Part shown: in pieces, positions 19,334-28,816 of the stretch
Position numbering within the stretch: the stretch's first letter is position 1
Layout of the letters: every line of letters starts with the position of its first letter
From: Gemmataceae bacterium
Lineage (GTDB): Bacteria; Planctomycetota; Planctomycetia; Gemmatales; Gemmataceae
Assembly: GCA_044337875.1 (NCBI GenBank)
Contig: JBIIMS010000005.1
Span: 142,350 to 206,349 of the forward strand
DNA length: 64,000 nucleotides
Direction: 5' to 3'
Notes under the pieces: model-generated
Seen by the model: the letters and a program-made list of their open reading frames with translations, nothing else
Told to the model about the DNA's origin: nothing
Databases searched by the model: none
Position numbers and translations under genes: made by a program

Positions 19334-19416
19334 GAAGAGGGTTGGATGTTGGGGGAAGTAAAAGAAAAAATGCTGGTGTAAAAGCAAAAAAGAAGAGGGT
19401 TGGGTGTTGGGGGAAG
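19334..19416. repeat. Intergenic repeat family, module M4 (two copies)
   Basis: GAAGAGGGTTGGATGTTGGGGGAAG at 19334-19358 and GAAGAGGGTTGGGTGTTGGGGGAAG at 19392-19416. A third copy is at 45495-45519. Each copy is followed by an A-rich AAAAGA run. Confidence 0.8.
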
Positions 19417-19457
19417 AAAAAGAGAAAAAGTAAAAGGAGGAAGTGACCGGCCCAGTG

Positions 19458-20552
19458 TTATTTCACTTCGAGGATTTTATCGAACAGTTTGAATGCTGCT
19501 TCTCGCATTTCCGGGTTGAAATCGTGTCCGCCTTCTGGGTGAAGCACCTTCAAATTCTCGGGCTTCTTATAGAGCGAAAAAATCTTGCCTGCAGATGCAG
19601 CAACTCTATCCACACTATCTGATTTAAAATTGCTATCCATGGTAGGCGAGATGATAAGAGTATTTCGGGGTGCAAGTGCACCAATCATTTCGTGAAAATC
19701 AAACGGGATTTGTTCGAGCCTTCCTTTATAGGATGCAAGCTTAGGCATGTATCGCGTTTGGCACCAGCCTTTCTCTAACTCCCAGACCTTGGGGTTACCA
19801 CCCATATAATCGAGATAAGAATCCAGTCCGCAACTAGAGACAATCACTTTGATGCGTTCATCAAAAACAGCGGTGTAAACGGAGTTATGCCCACCAAGAG
19901 ATTGGCCTACTGCGCCAAAGTTATTGTGCGCAAGGTAAGGCAGAGTTTCCAGATAATCAAGACCACGGATATTATCCCAGACTGCTTTTAGCGTACCGCT
20001 TTCCCAACCCAAAGCTTTAATATCAGGCTGATACTTTGCAAGCAGCGGATAACTAGGCGATAAGGTGATATAACCCCGCTGGGTTAATTCCATCGCATAG
20101 CCACGATTGGCAACATTGCCTATGCCTACGACGGTGCCATGGCCTATTTGATTATTGGTGCCATGCAGGCAAAGCACCGCGCTTGCTTTTCTTTTTCCTG
20201 AAAGCACATCCTTAGGGATGCAAAGATAAGCTGTCACACGGGAGTTGGGCTCGCTGGCATAGGAGATTAATTTTCGCACGTAGGTGCCACCATCAAATTC
20301 TTCTTCGACTTTAACCTCTAAAGCGATGCGTTTTTCCTTTCCGGGGAGTTTGCCCATCACGGATTGCATGCCCCGGATAATCTCCGCTTTGCGCTTTTGC
20401 CAATCTTCCGTGGTGGTGACGGGAGTGGGTTTGCCCATGGCATTTCTAAAGAGCAAAAGATTTTCGCGGGGTAATCGCTCTAAAACATCAGGTTTATCTT
20501 GATAGCCATAGCATGAGCAAAGAAGAAGTAATGAAAGGCTGGATGACCACAT
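19458..20552 (-). CDS. Secreted alpha/beta hydrolase (dienelactone hydrolase / acetyl-esterase-like)
   Basis: 364-aa ORF with nucleophile elbow GQSLGGHN and a late HPEGGHDF histidine motif. Hydrophobic N-terminus. Confidence 0.6.
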   Translation of the reverse strand: MWSSSLSLLLLCSCYGYQDKPDVLERLPRENLLLFRNAMGKPTPVTTTEDWQKRKAEIIRGMQSVMGKLPGKEKRIALEVKVEEEFDGGTYVRKLISYASEPNSRVTAYLCIPKDVLSGKRKASAVLCLHGTNNQIGHGTVVGIGNVANRGYAMELTQRGYITLSPSYPLLAKYQPDIKALGWESGTLKAVWDNIRGLDYLETLPYLAHNNFGAVGQSLGGHNSVYTAVFDERIKVIVSSCGLDSYLDYMGGNPKVWELEKGWCQTRYMPKLASYKGRLEQIPFDFHEMIGALAPRNTLIISPTMDSNFKSDSVDRVAASAGKIFSLYKKPENLKVLHPEGGHDFNPEMREAAFKLFDKILEVK

Positions 20553-20678
20553 GATAAATTCCTCAAAGGGTATGATTCACCAAGCTTAGCTTAAAGTTTG
20601 TGCAAGAGGAAGTATTTGATTAGAGTATCTTGGTTATATCAATGTTTTGAAATCGTAATAAGTTAGAAAGATATTCTC

Positions 20679-21419
20679 TTGGATTTGTCACACATATTAG
20701 TGCTGGGATTATTATTTTTTCTAGCTGCGTTATTGTATTCTTCGGTAGGCCATGCTGGCGCATCCGCATACATTGCAGCAATGGTTCTTATGGGGGTCGC
20801 CCCCAGCATCATCAAGCCCACTGCTTTCATCCTTAATATTTTTGTGGCTAGCCTGGTGACTTATCAGTTTCGAAAGGAGGGATACTTTCAATGGAAATTA
20901 TTCTGGCCTTTTGCATGCGCTTCGGTGCCATGCGCTTTTTTGGCATCGTATGCATCGTTACCATTAAGCTGGTTTAAATTAGGCTTGGTGATAATTCTTT
21001 TATTGGGATCATTGAGGTTGTTCTTGCATAATGATGATTCGAAACCTTGGTATCCCAACCGCTTTAGTACTTACAAAGGGATGATGATAGGTGGGATGAT
21101 AGGTGGACTTTCGGGCCTGACGGGAACAGGTGGAGGAATATTTCTATCGCCCATCATTCTTTTTTCGGGCTGGGCCAACACCCGCACGACTTCTGGAATC
21201 TGTGCAGCTTTTATTCTGGTCAATTCAATCGCAGGCCTGATGGGATGCATCGCTTCCACCCATTTTTTACCCGAGGCAATCTTCCTTTGGGTTCCCATCG
21301 TTGCCTTCGCAGGGTTTCTAGGCAGCCAATTAGGAATTCGAAAACTTCCCCCAAGAATTCTTCTGCGATTTCTCGGGCTGGTGATGGTAATTGCAGCGTG
21401 CAAACTTATGTTTCAATAA
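20679..21419 (+). CDS. TauE/SafE-family (DUF81) anion/sulfite exporter-like membrane protein
   Basis: TTG start. 246 aa with about 8 TM helices. The N-terminus LLYSSVGHAGASAYIAAM and internal GGLSGLTGTGGGIFLSPIIL are typical of TauE/SafE. Confidence 0.7.
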   Translation: MDLSHILVLGLLFFLAALLYSSVGHAGASAYIAAMVLMGVAPSIIKPTAFILNIFVASLVTYQFRKEGYFQWKLFWPFACASVPCAFLASYASLPLSWFKLGLVIILLLGSLRLFLHNDDSKPWYPNRFSTYKGMMIGGMIGGLSGLTGTGGGIFLSPIILFSGWANTRTTSGICAAFILVNSIAGLMGCIASTHFLPEAIFLWVPIVAFAGFLGSQLGIRKLPPRILLRFLGLVMVIAACKLMFQ

Positions 21420-21486
21420 TCGCTAGATATCACAGTTAAAATCGTATAGGATACAGGCTCGTTCTTTTATTATTAAAGGATCAGCC

Positions 21487-23151
21487 ATGGCAGAAAATCC
21501 AAGAACCGATAGTTTCCTTAATCCGAAAGATCATCGGATTGGTATTTATATCAAATGGCCCTACCTAGTTGCTTTCACCGTTTTAGCGCTAACCCCCGTT
21601 GCGATGGCGTGGGCTCAATACTTTCTCATGGGTCTGCCTTCCCTGCCCGAAAGCCCCAAGGTTATTCCCGAATCATTTAACGACCCGATTGGCTTTCCTG
21701 TATGGCTGCGCATCAATCACTTTGTCAACTTTTTCTTGATGGTGCTTCTGGTACGAAGCGGGCTCTCCATTCTTGTAGATCACCCCAGACTTTACTGGAA
21801 CGATCATTGCACCCTCGGTTCGGAATGGATCCGATTCACCCCAATCGTGGTGCCCAAAGATTCCGTCTGGACCGCCAAGCAAGATAGCAGATACCTATCG
21901 CCTTGGATCGGGCTTCCCGGTTTCAGACATACCGTGGGCATCGCTCGCATATGGCATTTCCTTAGCGCATTCTTCTGGTTCGGCAACGGCCTTATCTTTG
22001 TCGGGTTATTGTTCTTCACGAACCAATGGAAACGCCTGGTGCCCGTGGATTTTCAGATCTTCCTCGATGCCTGGTCGGTTCAAGTGCACTATGCAACCTT
22101 TCACCTTCCTGTCGAACCCAATGGATTTTATAAGTACAACCCACTGCAACAACTTTCGTACTTTGGCGTTGTCTTTGCAATCGCACCAATCACCTTTCTA
22201 ACAGGCTTGGCGATGTCCCCCGCAATAGACAACCGCTTTAAATGGTACCCCTATTTATTTGGTGGCAGGCAGTGCGCCCGTTCCATTCACTTCCTCGCAT
22301 TATTAGGTTACCTTGGATTTTTGGTCCCTCATGTGACCATGGTAATCATCACCGGCTTTGCCCAGAACATGAACCACATCGTTTTCGGTACTGATGATAC
22401 CAACCCGATGGGCATGATAGTCGGGCTATCTGCAATTGCCCTGACAGCAGCGTTCTGCCTGTTCGCAAACTGGTTCTCTTGGACAAATCCACGATGGTTA
22501 CAACTTGCATCACGCACCATCCTTGGGTTCTTCAAGAGGCTTTTCGTCAACAAGATGGAATCCGTCGTTCAGTATAAAAAAGAAAACATCTCTCCCTATT
22601 TCTGGCCCAATGGCAACCTTCCAATCTGCGATGAATGGAAAAACCTTTCTGCAAACAACTTCAAGGACTACCGCTTGAAAGTATTCGGACTGGTCGAAAA
22701 CCCGATCGAACTTTCACTTGAAGATATGGCGAAGATTGCAAAACAAGACCAAGTCACCATGCATCATTGCATTCAGGGATGGTCGGGGATTGCCCACTGG
22801 GGTGGGGTGCCCGTTCACAAAATCATCGAAATGGTGAAACCACATAAGGACGTCAAAACGGTTGTCTTTCATTCCTACGGCGAAGGATTGCATGGCGGAG
22901 AATATTACGACACCCTCACTCTTTACAATGCCCAACATGATCTCACCCTTCTTGCATTCGAAATGAATTACGAGAAACTCCCACTTATTTATGGTGCGCC
23001 ACTCCGGTTGCGAGCTGAAAACCAACTTGGTTTCAAGATGGTCAAGTGGATCAAATCGATCGAGTTTGTTACTTCCGAAAAAGTAGTAGGCAAAGGCTTT
23101 GGTGGCAAGAACGAAGATGATGAATACTACCCCATGCTTGCCAACATTTAA
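21487..23151 (+). CDS. Membrane b-type-cytochrome-like domain fused to a molybdopterin-binding (sulfite-oxidase/MsrP-like) oxidoreductase domain
   Basis: The N-terminal approximately 330 aa are polytopic with conserved His. The C-terminus VTMHHCIQGWSGIAHWGGVP...GAPLRLRAENQLGFKMVKWIKSIEF matches the Oxidored_molyb domain signature. Confidence 0.65.
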   Translation: MAENPRTDSFLNPKDHRIGIYIKWPYLVAFTVLALTPVAMAWAQYFLMGLPSLPESPKVIPESFNDPIGFPVWLRINHFVNFFLMVLLVRSGLSILVDHPRLYWNDHCTLGSEWIRFTPIVVPKDSVWTAKQDSRYLSPWIGLPGFRHTVGIARIWHFLSAFFWFGNGLIFVGLLFFTNQWKRLVPVDFQIFLDAWSVQVHYATFHLPVEPNGFYKYNPLQQLSYFGVVFAIAPITFLTGLAMSPAIDNRFKWYPYLFGGRQCARSIHFLALLGYLGFLVPHVTMVIITGFAQNMNHIVFGTDDTNPMGMIVGLSAIALTAAFCLFANWFSWTNPRWLQLASRTILGFFKRLFVNKMESVVQYKKENISPYFWPNGNLPICDEWKNLSANNFKDYRLKVFGLVENPIELSLEDMAKIAKQDQVTMHHCIQGWSGIAHWGGVPVHKIIEMVKPHKDVKTVVFHSYGEGLHGGEYYDTLTLYNAQHDLTLLAFEMNYEKLPLIYGAPLRLRAENQLGFKMVKWIKSIEFVTSEKVVGKGFGGKNEDDEYYPMLANI

Positions 23152-23166
23152 AATAGGCCAACTCAA

Positions 23167-24300
23167 ATGCTAGACGAAGCCAGCAGGATCAAAGATTTTC
23201 CTTCCCTCGGAAACAGGATCTACTTTAACTCTGCTGCAGAAGGTATCCCCCCACTTTCTGTAAAGGATGCACTGCTTCAATATTTCCAAGATAAACTTCT
23301 TGGAATGGATGGCAGATTGCTGCACGAAGCCCAATGGAATGCCACCCGCGAATTAGTTGCTTCTTTCTATAATCTAACACCCACCGAAATCGGTTTATGC
23401 TCCTGCTCTTCTGAAGCCTACAACCTTGCATCGATGGCTTTGCATTTGAAAGCGGGCGATGAAGTTGTCATCAATGATCTTGATTTTCCAGCAGGCGCAA
23501 CCCCTTGGCTGCAGGAAGGATGCCCTGCAACCGTAAAAGTTTGGCGGAGTCGAAATGGCATCTTGCAATTTGAAGATCTTGTGCCACTCCTTGGTTCAAA
23601 AACCCGCCTAGTGAATGCATCGCTCGTAAGCTTCCTCAACGGTTTTAAAATCTCTGTACCCAATCTTGTAGAGATCGTACGAAAGCATTCACCCAGCCTT
23701 TTGGCTGTTGATGTTACTCAGGCACTGGGCAGAATCCCCCTGCAACTTCAGGGCGTTGATTTAATAATCAGCAGTACCCACAAGTGGATTCTTGCAAGCC
23801 ATGGTGGTGGCTTAGTTGGAGTACCTTCTGCCAAAAATAATTCTCTTACTGTTCCCGCAGGTGGTTGGTTCAATCTTGAAGAGCCCTTTGGCGCTAACCG
23901 CTTCACCGAAGCTAAAAGTAAACCAGGCGCAGCAAGCTTTGCAGTGGGCATGCCCAATTACCCAGCAATTTATGCGATCCGCGCTGGGCTGCAATACATC
24001 CAATCCATCGGCGTTGAAAAAATCGATGCTGCAACACGACCTTTGGTTTTGCATTGCCTCGAAGAGTTGGCAAAATTGCCCATCGAACTAATCACACCCA
24101 CGAATCCAGAACATGTTGCGGGCATCTTGGCATTTCGACATCCCAAAGCTGATGTTATTCATGCGCATCTAAAATCAAAAAATATTCATGTGATGGGCAA
24201 TGCAGGGCGATTAAGAATTGCAATCCATGGCTACAACACCCATGGAAATGTGGAAGTGCTGCTTCAGGAATTAAAAGCCGTGCTAAAGCAATTGGGTTGA
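23167..24300 (+). CDS. Class V aminotransferase / cysteine desulfurase-like PLP enzyme
   Basis: 377 aa. SSTHKWILASHGGG carries the PLP-lysine context (S-x-H-K) of the class V fold. The start is 15 nt after the preceding stop. Confidence 0.7.
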   Translation: MLDEASRIKDFPSLGNRIYFNSAAEGIPPLSVKDALLQYFQDKLLGMDGRLLHEAQWNATRELVASFYNLTPTEIGLCSCSSEAYNLASMALHLKAGDEVVINDLDFPAGATPWLQEGCPATVKVWRSRNGILQFEDLVPLLGSKTRLVNASLVSFLNGFKISVPNLVEIVRKHSPSLLAVDVTQALGRIPLQLQGVDLIISSTHKWILASHGGGLVGVPSAKNNSLTVPAGGWFNLEEPFGANRFTEAKSKPGAASFAVGMPNYPAIYAIRAGLQYIQSIGVEKIDAATRPLVLHCLEELAKLPIELITPTNPEHVAGILAFRHPKADVIHAHLKSKNIHVMGNAGRLRIAIHGYNTHGNVEVLLQELKAVLKQLG

Positions 24301-24353
24301 TCACCATGTGATTGGCATTTATTGCAATCACTTCTCGCTAGGCTAAAAGATAC

Positions 24354-25709
24354 TTAGGAAAAGATTTCCTGAGCCACCTTCCCCGCCACATCGGTCAACC
24401 TGAAATCACGGCCTGCATATCGATAAGTAAGCTGGGTATGGTCAAGGCCCATCAATGCCAAGAGGGTGGCATGAAAATCGTTGTTGTGCATTCTACCTTC
24501 AACAGCCTTGATACCGTATTCATCCGTGACACCGTAACTAAAGCCTTTTTTGACACCCGCACCCACCATGAACATTGGGTAGCCGGTGATATTATGGTCA
24601 CGGCCATCCTTGCCTTGTGCGGTAGGAAGCCTGCCGAATTCGCTGCCGAACAAAACTAAAGTTTCTTCAAGCAAGCCCCGTTGATCTAGGTCTGCAAGCA
24701 GGGCTGCAACGGGTTGATCGATGGAGCCACATCGATCTATCAAGCCCTTGTGAAGATTATTATGGTGGTCCCAACCTGGTTGACAAATCTCAACAAAACG
24801 AACCCCTGCTTCGCTTAATCTGCGTGCCATGATACATTGGCGGGCAAAGCTAGAAGTGGCATTTCTATCTACGCCATAAGCATCCTTGGTGCGTTGAGAT
24901 TCCCTGGAGATATCAAGAAGCTCGGGCACTTTGTGCTGCATTTTAAAACCGAGTTCATAGTTCTGGATGATGCCTTCCAAAGAATCAGGAGCACCGGCAG
25001 AAGAAGCCAAATCACGGTTCATGGCTTGAATCAAATCAAGTTGTTTACGTTGCAACAGGGTATCAGAAGAAGGCCTAAGGTTGGGAAGATTGCCTTTGTC
25101 ATCAATTCTGGTTCCTTGAAAATGAGCAGGTAGAAACGCACTTCCGAAGTTGACCGAACCACCAAAGTTTGGCGGTGGATTAATGGTGATGTAGCCTGGC
25201 AAATCTTGGTTTTCGCTACCAAGGCCATATAGAAGCCAAGCACCCATGCTAGGGCGGGTAAGAGCAGCATTGGCACTCCCGGTATGCAATTGGACAACGG
25301 CTTGGGGATGTGCGGGGGTATCGGTGTACAAGCCTCTGAGCCAGCAAATCTTATCCGCATGGGTGGCCATGTTGGGCAGCAGCTCTGAAAACCACGAGCC
25401 TGTTTGGCCATGTTGGGAAAATTTGAATTTTGAAGCAGTGAGCGTTCCACCCCCGGGGCCGGACTTCCCATCATCTTTGATCAATTGGGGCTTGTAATCG
25501 AAAGTATCATGATGCGACATCGAGCCATTCATATGCACGAAGATAAGGCGCTTTGCCTTGGGAGTGAAGTGGGGCTCTTTAGGCGCCAAAGGCATTGCGG
25601 AATCTTTTACTGCGCCTTTTGCCTGCTGACCTATCAAGCCTGCGAGGGCGAGCATACCAAAGCCTCCGCTTGCTGATTTTAACACCTGTCTACGGGAAAT
25701 TTCCAGCAT
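24354..25709 (-). CDS. DUF1501 (sulfatase-fold) protein with twin-arginine signal
   Basis: MLEISRRQVLKSASGGFGMLALAG (Tat-like), plus GWDHHNNLH and FGSEFGRLP...GRDHN motifs characteristic of DUF1501. Confidence 0.8.
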   Translation of the reverse strand: MLEISRRQVLKSASGGFGMLALAGLIGQQAKGAVKDSAMPLAPKEPHFTPKAKRLIFVHMNGSMSHHDTFDYKPQLIKDDGKSGPGGGTLTASKFKFSQHGQTGSWFSELLPNMATHADKICWLRGLYTDTPAHPQAVVQLHTGSANAALTRPSMGAWLLYGLGSENQDLPGYITINPPPNFGGSVNFGSAFLPAHFQGTRIDDKGNLPNLRPSSDTLLQRKQLDLIQAMNRDLASSAGAPDSLEGIIQNYELGFKMQHKVPELLDISRESQRTKDAYGVDRNATSSFARQCIMARRLSEAGVRFVEICQPGWDHHNNLHKGLIDRCGSIDQPVAALLADLDQRGLLEETLVLFGSEFGRLPTAQGKDGRDHNITGYPMFMVGAGVKKGFSYGVTDEYGIKAVEGRMHNNDFHATLLALMGLDHTQLTYRYAGRDFRLTDVAGKVAQEIFS

Positions 25710-25744
25710 TGAATCATCCTTTATCTACGAACATCTAGTGTGAT

Positions 25745-28429
25745 TTATTTAACAAACCTGAACTCAGCAGAAGCATATAAAGCCTGCACCAAAGCGAGCC
25801 ATGCCGCAGTTTTACCATCTTTTGGCAAAACTTCTTCATCATTTGATAATTCGCCCTCTTGTTCGATCTGGTCAGGGTTCGCAGGGGGGGCATTTTTTTT
25901 CTTGGCATTCTGCTTGGCTTGAACAGGCTTCTTCATATTTGGTTTTGGTGGGTACTTCAACTCTCTTGCAGCAGATTCATAATCCGCCAAAAAGGTGTTA
26001 CCCCTCTCCAATTCTTTTTCATTCGGAATACGACCAAGCATAAGTTGATACGCCTGCTTGATTTTTTCATCATCAGAACTATTTGAGTTCTGCAAGAGCT
26101 TTTCTGCAAGCACCAAAGATTGCCTTCTTACAAATGAAGAATTAAGTACAAACAACGCCTGGCCCGGCACCGTAGTGGAATCTCGGTTACCCGTCACCAA
26201 GGTTTGATCCACGGGGTCGAATGCTTCAAGATCTTTCGGAGTAAGGCCGCGCAAAAGTGGCAAGTAAATACTTCGATAAGAACTCTTCGCTGCTGAATCG
26301 TGAATCTGTTTCGCTTCGCCACCATTGTCGCGAATCTCTTTCATTTTAAAATTGTTTGTAGGTGAACCTGAAATCCTATTCGAATTAAGCTGCCCTCCTG
26401 TAGCAAGCATTGCATCGCGAAACTCTTCCGCACTTAAACTGCGAGGCGAATGATGCCAAACCAAGGAATTTGCAGGGTCAACCTGATGATGTTTATCGGT
26501 TGATTGGGAAGATAATTGATAAGCCTTGGTAAGCACGAGGGTGCGGACAAGCTTTTTGATGCTCCACCCATCTTGCATGAATTGGCGGGATAAATAATCG
26601 AGGAGTTCCGGGTTCGAGGGTTTGTCACCCGAAACGCCAAAGTTGTCAACTGTGGAAACAATGCCCCTGCCAAAAAGATGGGCCCAAACCCGGTTCACAA
26701 TCACCCTCGATGCAAGGGGATTTTGTTCGCTGGTCAACCATTGTGCAAGTTCCAGCCTGCCACTTTGCTGCTTGTTGACAGGCTTGGCATCAGGTACATG
26801 AAAAGTAGTAAGATACCCACGGGGCCAAACTGGGCCAAGTTTCTCTGCTTCACCACGGATGCGAAGCTCGGTATCCGCAATCACATTAGAATCCCGCACG
26901 CCATGCGCAGACAGTGACTCCTGGGCTGAATCCATCAGTGCGGATAAGTCTAATTGTAGTTTCTCTAACTTAACCCGGAATTTTTTCTGTTCTGGTTCGC
27001 CATTGGCATTAGGTTTCAAGCCCTTGGGAGTGCCTTTGATTTCCTCCCACGCCTTCTTGGCATCTTCAATTTCTGCCTGAAGCTTTATACGCTTTTCGTC
27101 GGGCACCTGAGAAAGAGCGCCCTTAAGCTTGACCAAATTATCAGGAACATAATAAGCCAGCCCACCCCCGCCCATCAGATTTCGCAACCCGGAGGCATTA
27201 TCGGTGCTGGTGAATATTCCCGCCAATGAGTAATAATCGGTTTGCGGAATGGGATCAAATTTATGATCATGGCATCGAGCACAACTTACAGTCAGACCAA
27301 GCACGGAACGAGTAACCACATCAATTTGCTCATCAACATTATCCATGATGAATCGTGTTTTGAAGCGCTGGTTTACATCTTTGACACCCAAGGCAAGAAA
27401 ACCCGTTGCAATCTTCAGGCGGTTTGAATCCTCATCATTTTTTGGGGAAAGAAGATCGCCAGCAACCTGCTCTTTGATGAATTGATTAAAGGGCAGATCT
27501 GCGTTGAAACTATCGATAACATAATCACGATACCTCCATGCATGGGGATACGGAATATTTCTGCTTGGGCCTGTGGATTCACCATACCTTGCAATATCAA
27601 GCCAGTGCCTGCCCCAACTTTCGCCAAAGGCCTTTGCTGCGAGAAGCCGATCCACTAGATTTTCCAACGCATTGGCGTTGGTATCATTGACAAAGCTTTG
27701 GATTTCCGCAGGCGTGGGAGGCAACCCGGTCAAATCAAATGTCAATCTTCTTATAAGGATAACCCTATCCGCATCAGCAACAGGTTGCAAACCCGCAGCT
27801 TCCAACTTCGAAAATACAAACCTATCCACGCTCGACTTGGACCATGAGGCATCTTTTACTTCTGGAACCTTGGGGTTTGCTATCGGTTGCCAGGCCCAAT
27901 GCTCTTTCTTTAATTTTTCATAGGTGGGCCTGCTTTGGCCCAGTGCAAAAGGCAACTTGACCGCAGGCCATACCGCCCCATCTTCGATCCATTTTTTCAA
28001 GATGTTGATTTGCGTATCGTTTAATTTTTCGCCCTGCAAAGGCATCTGCTTATTCGCACCACTCGATACCCTTTTAAGCAATAACCCCTGATCAGGTTTC
28101 CCCGCAACGATTGCTGGCCCATTCTTCCCACCAACAATAAGCCCCTTGCGATCGTCCACCCGCAAATCACCTGAAGGTTTGGTATCCGCACTATGGCAGG
28201 CGTAGCAGTGATTAACCAAAATCGGCCTGACATTCTTTTCAAAATATTCAACCTTGGAAGCATCTGGGTCTGCAGACAATACAACATTTTTATCAGGCCC
28301 TTTTTTATTTTTGCCGGGCGATACTTTTTTAACTTCCGGAACAGCGGCAGTTGCAATTTCAATAATTGCAAATCCCAATGCCACGATCATCAATTTCGAG
28401 CGAATTATTTTCGGCAGGTTTAACATCAT
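25745..28429 (-). CDS. Planctomycete cytochrome c (PSCyt) / DUF1549 / DUF1553 protein
   Basis: Heme motif CYACHS near the N-terminus and CARCHDHKFDPI (DUF1553-type) mid-protein. 894 aa. It lies immediately upstream of DUF1501, as in the common planctomycetal pair. Confidence 0.8.
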   Translation of the reverse strand: MMLNLPKIIRSKLMIVALGFAIIEIATAAVPEVKKVSPGKNKKGPDKNVVLSADPDASKVEYFEKNVRPILVNHCYACHSADTKPSGDLRVDDRKGLIVGGKNGPAIVAGKPDQGLLLKRVSSGANKQMPLQGEKLNDTQINILKKWIEDGAVWPAVKLPFALGQSRPTYEKLKKEHWAWQPIANPKVPEVKDASWSKSSVDRFVFSKLEAAGLQPVADADRVILIRRLTFDLTGLPPTPAEIQSFVNDTNANALENLVDRLLAAKAFGESWGRHWLDIARYGESTGPSRNIPYPHAWRYRDYVIDSFNADLPFNQFIKEQVAGDLLSPKNDEDSNRLKIATGFLALGVKDVNQRFKTRFIMDNVDEQIDVVTRSVLGLTVSCARCHDHKFDPIPQTDYYSLAGIFTSTDNASGLRNLMGGGGLAYYVPDNLVKLKGALSQVPDEKRIKLQAEIEDAKKAWEEIKGTPKGLKPNANGEPEQKKFRVKLEKLQLDLSALMDSAQESLSAHGVRDSNVIADTELRIRGEAEKLGPVWPRGYLTTFHVPDAKPVNKQQSGRLELAQWLTSEQNPLASRVIVNRVWAHLFGRGIVSTVDNFGVSGDKPSNPELLDYLSRQFMQDGWSIKKLVRTLVLTKAYQLSSQSTDKHHQVDPANSLVWHHSPRSLSAEEFRDAMLATGGQLNSNRISGSPTNNFKMKEIRDNGGEAKQIHDSAAKSSYRSIYLPLLRGLTPKDLEAFDPVDQTLVTGNRDSTTVPGQALFVLNSSFVRRQSLVLAEKLLQNSNSSDDEKIKQAYQLMLGRIPNEKELERGNTFLADYESAARELKYPPKPNMKKPVQAKQNAKKKNAPPANPDQIEQEGELSNDEEVLPKDGKTAAWLALVQALYASAEFRFVK

Positions 28430-28816
28430 TCATCCCATTCCTATTCAATTCGGCAAAATACCAGGCATGATTTACGTTTAACTACAATCTTAAACCCCTC
28501 TTGCGTGGAAATGGTCCGCTAAACGATTGTTTTTTCCAAAATATAGCTTTGAACATCATTCGCCACAACCTATTCCAATACATAGCCTTATAGCTGTTAC
28601 AACAGGATCAAACCTTTTAAACCCAATCCTTTTTAAGCTTAAATACTTACCCTAAATCGAGATAACCCATGTTTCACCATTAAGCATTCCCCACAAAGAT
28701 CCCCTTCGCTTTAAATGGCATAAAACAATTCCATTCATAAAGGTCTTCGCTTTAAGCCACTTATCTCATTACAATTCAACCTTGTGCTTAATTAAAATCA
28801 GACTTGGATTTCATCG

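Noticed and set aside
19142-19387. 81-aa minus-strand ORF in repeat locus A (and the analogous 45306-45560 and 45359-45763 ORFs)
   Set aside because: They translate repeat modules into Pro/Ser/Leu low-complexity sequence. They have no RBS, and the similarity between loci is at the DNA level and is not frame-preserving.
28430-28816. Adenosylcobalamin riboswitch or other known leader RNA ahead of the B12-dependent eut operon
   Set aside because: I could not find a B12-box-like GCCACTG core or the expected GC-rich helices. The region is AT-rich and unstructured apart from one 11-bp direct repeat.
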